DNA of 63,618 nucleotides, counting the filler, from Asterionella formosa (taxonomy: Eukaryota): NCBI GenBank assembly GCA_002256025.1. It is 17 parts of 17 records of this genome, joined end to end, with 100 filler letters (N's around TTAATTAATTAA, not from the genome) between each part and the next. Parts side by side here need not be neighbours in the genome. Positions count along the whole stretch, not along the records: positions 56,244 to 59,881 come from NKIB01014006.1; positions 59,982 to 63,618 come from NKIB01014008.1; 15 more parts are not named here. The stretch is one strand, 5' to 3'. Of the stretch, positions 57,301 through 63,618 are shown in pieces. The notes under the pieces are model-generated. The model was not told where the DNA came from and ran no database searches. It saw only the letters and a list, made by a program, of their open reading frames with translations. Position 1 is the stretch's first letter. Each line of letters opens with the position of its first letter. The position numbers and the translations under genes were made by a program.

Positions 57301-59709
57301 AATCGCCGATTCGCTTTTTCTTTGTTAACTCATTTTGGAACTTGCTTCTTTGTTCCATACCGGCATTATTTGCCACATGTCGCTTGTTTCCTCCATGAAC
57401 CTCTTTATGGTTTTTTGAAGACATTGTACTACTAGATAATTGTTGTCGTTGTCTTCCTTGAAGTTCGATGATCTTAAAATCAGGTGTTGCCAGCTACAAT
57501 GAAATGAATCATCAGCCACTACATATAATATTTTACACTGTCTAGATATGATACCATAAGACCAACAGTGCTATTTACATTATCATATACAAAATCAGAA
57601 CTGAGTTTGAGTAATAGCATATCTTGTTTTCAATTATACGATTATATGATCCTGAAACTATGATGATTTACTGTCCCACTGTAGTAGCAACAGTTCTGAA
57701 CATATTGTGTTCTGTTGCTCACTTACTACTCCGACTACCCTGTTTCAATTTTACAATCATACGATCCTGAAACTATGATGATTTACTGTCCCGCTGCAGT
57801 AGCAACAGTTGCGATCACGAGAAGTGAAAATAATATGAGAAGGTTTATGATATTGATTAGAAAAGTTGTTGATCAGTTGATGTACATTGTGTGATGATAA
57901 TGTTCTTATTATCATTATATTTCAAGGTCGGTAAAATATTAATAAATCATCATGGTTATAGGATACCTTTATCATAGTTTTCATCCAAAAGTTATCATAT
58001 ATGTACGGAAATCCTGTGCCACTTAGCGTACAATACCCTTGATCCTATATGTATGATAATTTTTTTTCAGACGCAGTGGATTCTGAATTTTAGCATCATC
58101 AAGAAGTTGAGGAGTAACATGACAAAAGCCTTGTTCATCAACATTCTTCTGAAGGGAAAGAAATGTGTTTCATAATTTTTATACTCAAACATGGTGGGAC
58201 TCAAATATGACAACAACAATCAACAAGCACATACCTGTCCTCTCTTCCTCGTTGAATACGAGTTCATGCAGAACACTGGTTCCATCATGTTTTTGCTCCT
58301 TTGCTGAGTTTGCGATAGCTCACTGAGATTGACGACTTTTCGTGTTCATTATAGAAGATTATGAAGAAGTACTAATGAAAGTAAAATTGTGATTAGAAAG
58401 CAATGAAACAATACTATTGTAGAGCAGCGGAAAAAGCCAACACATGAGCACTAAAACTTGCTGCCAAGATCTGATTTGAGATAGTGTAGGACACGTAGAA
58501 AACATACTACAAAAATATAGGTAAAATTTAACGGCTGATCATATCTGACGAAAATACCGGTTCAATGATCCATGAGCCTAACTTTGACCTACCATAACGT
58601 TTTGAGTTTTGATACCCAACGAGTCATTGAGGTCGCTTTTGAACAATCATTAATTTATTTATCACTGCATATCAAGTCTAGAGAAGAAGTTGACCGGAAA
58701 GGCTATCGGAAATCAACAGAAAAGGGAACTGAAATTTTGGCACCAATGTGATGAAGCAAGCAAGATGCGACGATATGAATCACATGAGAAGTCGAATTAT
58801 CTAACAACCAGCCAGATCCATTTGATGAAGAGTCAGTACTTGCGACATCAATGACCAGATTTTGTATACTTCGGAGCATGGTGCTGGAAGATAGCAGGGA
58901 TGTAAATAGTGAAATTGCTGTCAACACTTTACAGAAAACCATCATTTTGTGCCTTCATAAAAGCTCAAAATTTAATGTTTTGATTTGCTAGGTAATCAGG
59001 TCATCATGAAGAACTACTTGTATGGACACGGGCAAGCATGGAGAAGATCTATGGTCACAATGAAGAAGAAGAATTCATATGGTCTGGAAGTAAACAAGCG
59101 AAAACTAATTTGGGGTTACTAGCTGACAGATCATGTAAACAATCAATTCTACTTGAGTCGAGTTTTGTTTGACAAAGTATCGCAATGACAAAGAATAATA
59201 ATTCACATGGAAAGAGAATTTCAATTTGGATCCAGTGAGCATTCAATCGAAATTCTTTCAAACACACTTGAAACTCACGAAAAACTGATCCGTGTACACA
59301 ACACAGGATTCCATAAATTAATTTAGCCTTTGGTAGGACGCAACTACGATCTAGTTCCAGGCAGGTACCGGATAATCGTCCGGGAGAACGCCGTCAAGGT
59401 GATCTTCACTGTAACTTCAACCGAAATCACTAGCTTCACCGTGTTCGTCTTGATGATCAACAGTTCGATCATTTCTCAAATACCGGACGATTTTCCGGTC
59501 GAGGTACACGGAATCATGGTACCAGGTACTTTGTCCGGTAGAACTGAACTGATGGGCAATTGCAGGATTGAGTAATCCAAAAACTGTACATATTAAATAT
59601 AATATATATGTTTTATCTGAAGGGCAATTGGATATCGGTAGTTTGCATCCAACATAGAAAATATGTAAATTGAAAGGGCAATGTAGTGGCGAAAAGCGCG
59701 CCGATAGCT

Positions 59710-59881
59710 AGTATGTGACTTGCCTAGTTAAGACCATACTCGGGAGGAGTCTGGCAACTCGTAATCTTGTGTACTTGACTTGGGAGGCCCTCGCAGGTTG
59801 ACCTTCTCGCAGCGCCGGGGGCGCCACTCGTTCGGTCAACCCCTACTCGCGCCTCCCAAGCCTCGAACACAAGAATACTCG
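59710..59881 (-). ncRNA. Candidate structured RNA / element-internal rod-like hairpin with periodic tandem G.A loops
   Basis: Nested stems tcttgtgt/acacaaga, cttgggaggc/gcctcccaag, ggttgacc/ggtcaacc and gcgcc/ggcgc, separated by opposed CGAG (once CAAG) motifs. G.U pairs occur only on the minus strand. Confidence 0.5.
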
Positions 59882-59981
59882 NNNNNNNNNNNNNNNNNNN
59901 NNNNNNNNNNNNNNNNNNNNNNNNNTTAATTAATTAANNNNNNNNNNNNNNNNNNNNNNNNNNNNNNNNNNNNNNNNNNNN

Positions 59982-62188
59982 CGGATGGCGTTACCAACGA
60001 CTTTTCCATTGGTCTGGCCCACCAAAGGTAGGGTCTTGTCACACAGTACAGAAATGACTTGCGCATCTAAGAATGATTGATTACGAATGGCATGTGCTAG
60101 ATTTCCCACGCAGAAAGCTGCCATACCTTGTACTGCCACATGTTTGTCGTCAAGGGAACGGGAGACGGAGTTAGCCAGTTCCAGACACAGAGACTGTCGA
60201 TCAGAAATGTAACTTTTTTGGCAGTCCAGACTTGACGTGCAGAGTTCTGCGCAAGCCTTACATGCAACTGCCCGAACAGACTGGTTTGAGTTCTGACATT
60301 GCTCCAAAATAAAGTGAACATGAGTCCAACCCAAGTCAACTTTGAATAGAAGTTCCCAATCACATGCTACCAATGATGAATAAATACTCAATGCCGGCAA
60401 AAGTATGGCAGGAGGCACCTGTTTGTGAATGACACATCGAAGGAGCAGGTCATATGCAAAGTAACTGCGGGAGGCATCGGCACCTGATAGTTGATATTTT
60501 TCCTTTCTGGCAGCAAAAAATGTGTCCAACAACATGAATCCATCCAAACATATTCTTTGATTCTCATTCATAATATTCTGTTGTATCACTTTCTTAAACA
60601 ATTCCCATGCTTCATGATTTTCATAAACACAATCAGGATCTGCCGTCCAACGAGCAGTCATGATATCTATTGCATTCTTCCGTCGTGGTGATTGATCATC
60701 ACATTGTGTTGATCCATCCACTAGCAGGGCATTCCATAATGACTTTTGAACACTGACGGACAGTATGCTGTCCAAATACAATTTCATGGGAACAATCATT
60801 CGTGTCCGAGTTCCATTTGGTAATAGTTTCCCTCCCATGCATTGTACGATACAGGACGTAATGGAACCTTTTGTCATTGTCAACGTCGACAGTATCTCTG
60901 TATTAAAAGTACGATCCATGATAATGATTTTTGTCATCATTCTGTCCAACAACTCCATCGCTTCCATTGTCAAGGGATCCAAAGTATCAGAAACAAAGGG
61001 AATATTGGTAAGTATCACAGTACACAGTGTCAAAGGCAATGGATCCATTGGCTTGAGTAGAAGAAGGAGGTGTATGAAACTTTGAGAAAGACGCTGACCA
61101 AAATAGTGCATGGATCCTAATGTCATGGGGTCCATCCATTTGAGTAATGGCATATTACGAATCATGTCAGTACAGCACTGTATGGCCATCATAACATGAC
61201 GATTCCCATGGATCAAATCCATGAGTATTGAATGAGACAAATGTCCAAGTAGGAACAAGGATCGTAGTGATGTGGCAGCTACCTGGGTAAATGTCTGTAA
61301 CAATGCGTGCAACAGTGAAAGAGAATCTTGTATGTGGTCGTCCATGTCGTTTTGTCGAAGGGACAAGGAAAGTGATTTTTCCAGAGTACCCATGGTAGGG
61401 ACTAGTGAATTCCTCCCACCTACACGACGAATGGCATGGATCATAATTGTCAAACACTTTTGTGATTTGGGTAATTTGGCTTCGAGTAGTAGTAAAAGCC
61501 GAGTTCCGACAGGATTTGGGATTGTTTGTTCTTGACCAAGGTCATTTACATTTGTAGTCAGTGGAGCCAAAATCGCCGATGCATGTTGCGAATCTTGTAG
61601 CAGACTACTCAAGGTGCGATACATCTCGGGTGATAACGAAGAATCGTTACTCTCAATTGCGTTCAATATGACATTGGCCACAACGTCATTTGCCACTTTT
61701 TCTGCGGGTAGTTGCTTATAAAAGTGTCCGATAAAATTAGCAATGCATTGAACGAAAGTATTATTTCGTTCGGGTATACTTAATAAAGACTCCATACATG
61801 CAGCGACTCGCTGATTGGGAATTTCCGCGGAATTGTTGGTCCCAAGACAAGTAGAAATCAGTTGAAGCGCCTCATCGCGACAGGAACAGTGAGGCAGGAC
61901 AACCGCCAGTAATTGTGCTGCCTGCTCAATAGTCTCCCCCAGTATCTTGGGCCCTGGATCTTCATCCTGTTGTATCAACGCAGATAGTTCTGCTAGTGTT
62001 GCTTTGATCTCAGTGCTGTTATTACAGGGGCGTTGTTGTAATGGTAACTGGGCGAGTACTAGAAGTAGGCGCTCCCATTTTGATGTCAGAGAAGTTTGAT
62101 TCTGATTGATTTTCAGTTCACGTATTCGTCCGCTCGACCTGGTCTCCTGGTAATATGATGGCGCTATTAATGCGTCCCATCGGCTCAT
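59982..62188 (-). CDS. HEAT-repeat protein, HEATR6-like (3' end truncated by contig end)
   Basis: Long Leu-rich helical ORF from MSRWDAL. C-terminal VRAVACKACAEL, SLDDKHVAVQGMAAFCVGNLA and KVVGNAIR resemble HEATR6 HEAT repeats. Confidence 0.6.
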
Positions 62189-63011
62189 TCGGAGCACTAC
62201 CACCGAAGCAACTTAATCACAAAGATAAGTAGAGTATCCACAAGGAGTCGTTGGGAATAGTGTGGTGGCTATGTATGGCTAACACACCTATCCTCATCAC
62301 CTCTACAAGTAATGTATTTATTTATATAGCTACGATATATATACCGGTACCGGTAGATATTCATTTACTAGTATGTCATGAACAAAAAAATGACTAGACT
62401 ACCGGTAGATATAATGGCCATTTTGTCATTCTCGTCGTGGTGCTTTTCTCTGCATATATATAAAAAATACCTAGATGTACACAATGATGTAGATGCCAGC
62501 GATTCCTGATGTTGAAGGAATGATCTATATTCCGGTACATATATATTTATGATACATTTTAGTCTTTTCATGTCCAACGATCCGCAAAAGAAGACATAGT
62601 CCATATCACAATCCGTGTACTTGCCGTGTTTCTGTTATCTTGTCATCTTCTATACAGGTATATACATAACATTATAAAAGATTGGTACTCCATCAGCCAT
62701 TCATCGCTCATTATCGAGAGATCCATTTAATATTTACCGGTGCATATAATATATAATTCCCATCTCGAATCAATCATCAGCATACATACCGGTAGTCCAT
62801 ACAGCTAAATCATTAAGGTTGCTGCATTTGAACCCCTAGCTCGAGGTAGGGTTAAAAAATAATATTCAGTCAGACTAATCAAACACGTACTTTTCACAAA
62901 CAATTTAAATATGTATAACGCTCAACGGAGCTTTCACCAATACACACCCTTTCCATATGCTTAAATACAGTCTTCGGACAAAGTAGGGGTGTAGGTTCAC
63001 TCTATATATCG

Positions 63012-63166
63012 TCAGTATATAGGATCTGGTAAGAAACTGCAGAAAGGAACTTCGGTTTTTTAACTAGGCTAAAAAGACTCGAAATTTCGGGGGAAATCTG
63101 TTTATTTGGCATAGTAAGAAAACCGAAGTTCCTTTCTGCAGTTTCTCGCCAGAAGTTATATACTGA
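63012..63166. repeat. Inverted repeat / small MITE-like element (about 50-bp arms)
   Basis: Perfect 28-bp core agaaactgcagaaaggaacttcggtttt (63032-63059) / aaaaccgaagttcctttctgcagtttct (63119-63146), and outer tcagtatata/tatatactga. Confidence 0.75.
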
Positions 63167-63618
63167 TGCTATTTGAAAGTTACCTATGTATCTAAATCGT
63201 CTTCAGACCCAGCCAACGTTGAGCTATCGTTGTCCAAAAACTCGACAAAATCGGCCTTTTCTACGGTCGCCAAAATATCAGAATCAGAATTACTATGAGC
63301 CAAAACGTCATCATCGGAATAGTAGTTGTGTGCCGGAATTTTTAGTACTAAAATCTCCTGTCCAACAAATTCCATTGTAAGTGCCCGCTTCCACATATAC
63401 AATATGATTGGTCAACATGAATTACTTACGTCCATTTGATTTGCCTGATCTGGAGGGCATTGCAAACTTACACCGGCCACACTGGATGCACATGTAATAC
63501 CAGTACCGGTACTATGATTCGCTTTGCCTTGAAAGAATGGACAGAGCTTGCTGCTTTTTCTCTGATGATCATTCCGGCCGCAATGTTTGCATTGCGCATT
63601 TGCATTCTTTGTTGTGGC

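Noticed and set aside
3659..59981. TTAATTAATTAA recurring every ~3.75 kb, and ORFs ending in XXXXLIN
   Set aside because: Scaffolding linker with stops in all frames; not biological.
1..63618. Physical clustering of ARM-, LRR- and ankyrin-kinase genes as one locus
   Set aside because: They are on different unlinked contigs. Co-occurrence only suggests the family is abundant among short, repeat-broken contigs.

Overview
Eukaryotic nuclear DNA, most likely from a diatom: two spliced Lhcr-type antenna genes carry ASAFAP-like plastid presequences, and there are diatom-type Ty1/copia fragments and TTAGGG repeats. The window is not contiguous. It is 17 unlinked contigs of about 3.64-3.66 kb joined by artificial N44-TTAATTAATTAA-N44 spacers, so no gene-neighbourhood inference can cross a spacer. 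Most contigs are transposon debris: copia, gypsy, PIF/Harbinger, MITEs, solo LTRs and a tRNA-headed SINE-like insertion with a 15-bp TSD. The main signal is a family of cytoplasmic, immune-receptor-like genes that appear to be built from interchangeable cassettes. (i) The same IRAK/Pelle-like kinase cassette, with the same 79-nt intron position, the same 3' tail and TTAGGG repeats immediately downstream, is fused once to ARM repeats and once to LRRs. (ii) The repeats are near-identical in DNA but hypervariable at predicted surface positions. (iii) A shared 5'UTR/start/N-terminal cassette occurs at three loci. (iv) A chimeric ARM protein retains only the last helix of a second kinase family that appears elsewhere as an ankyrin-kinase pseudogene. 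A second notable signal is a dispersed rod-like hairpin with CGAG/CGAG tandem G.A loops at about 16-nt periodicity.
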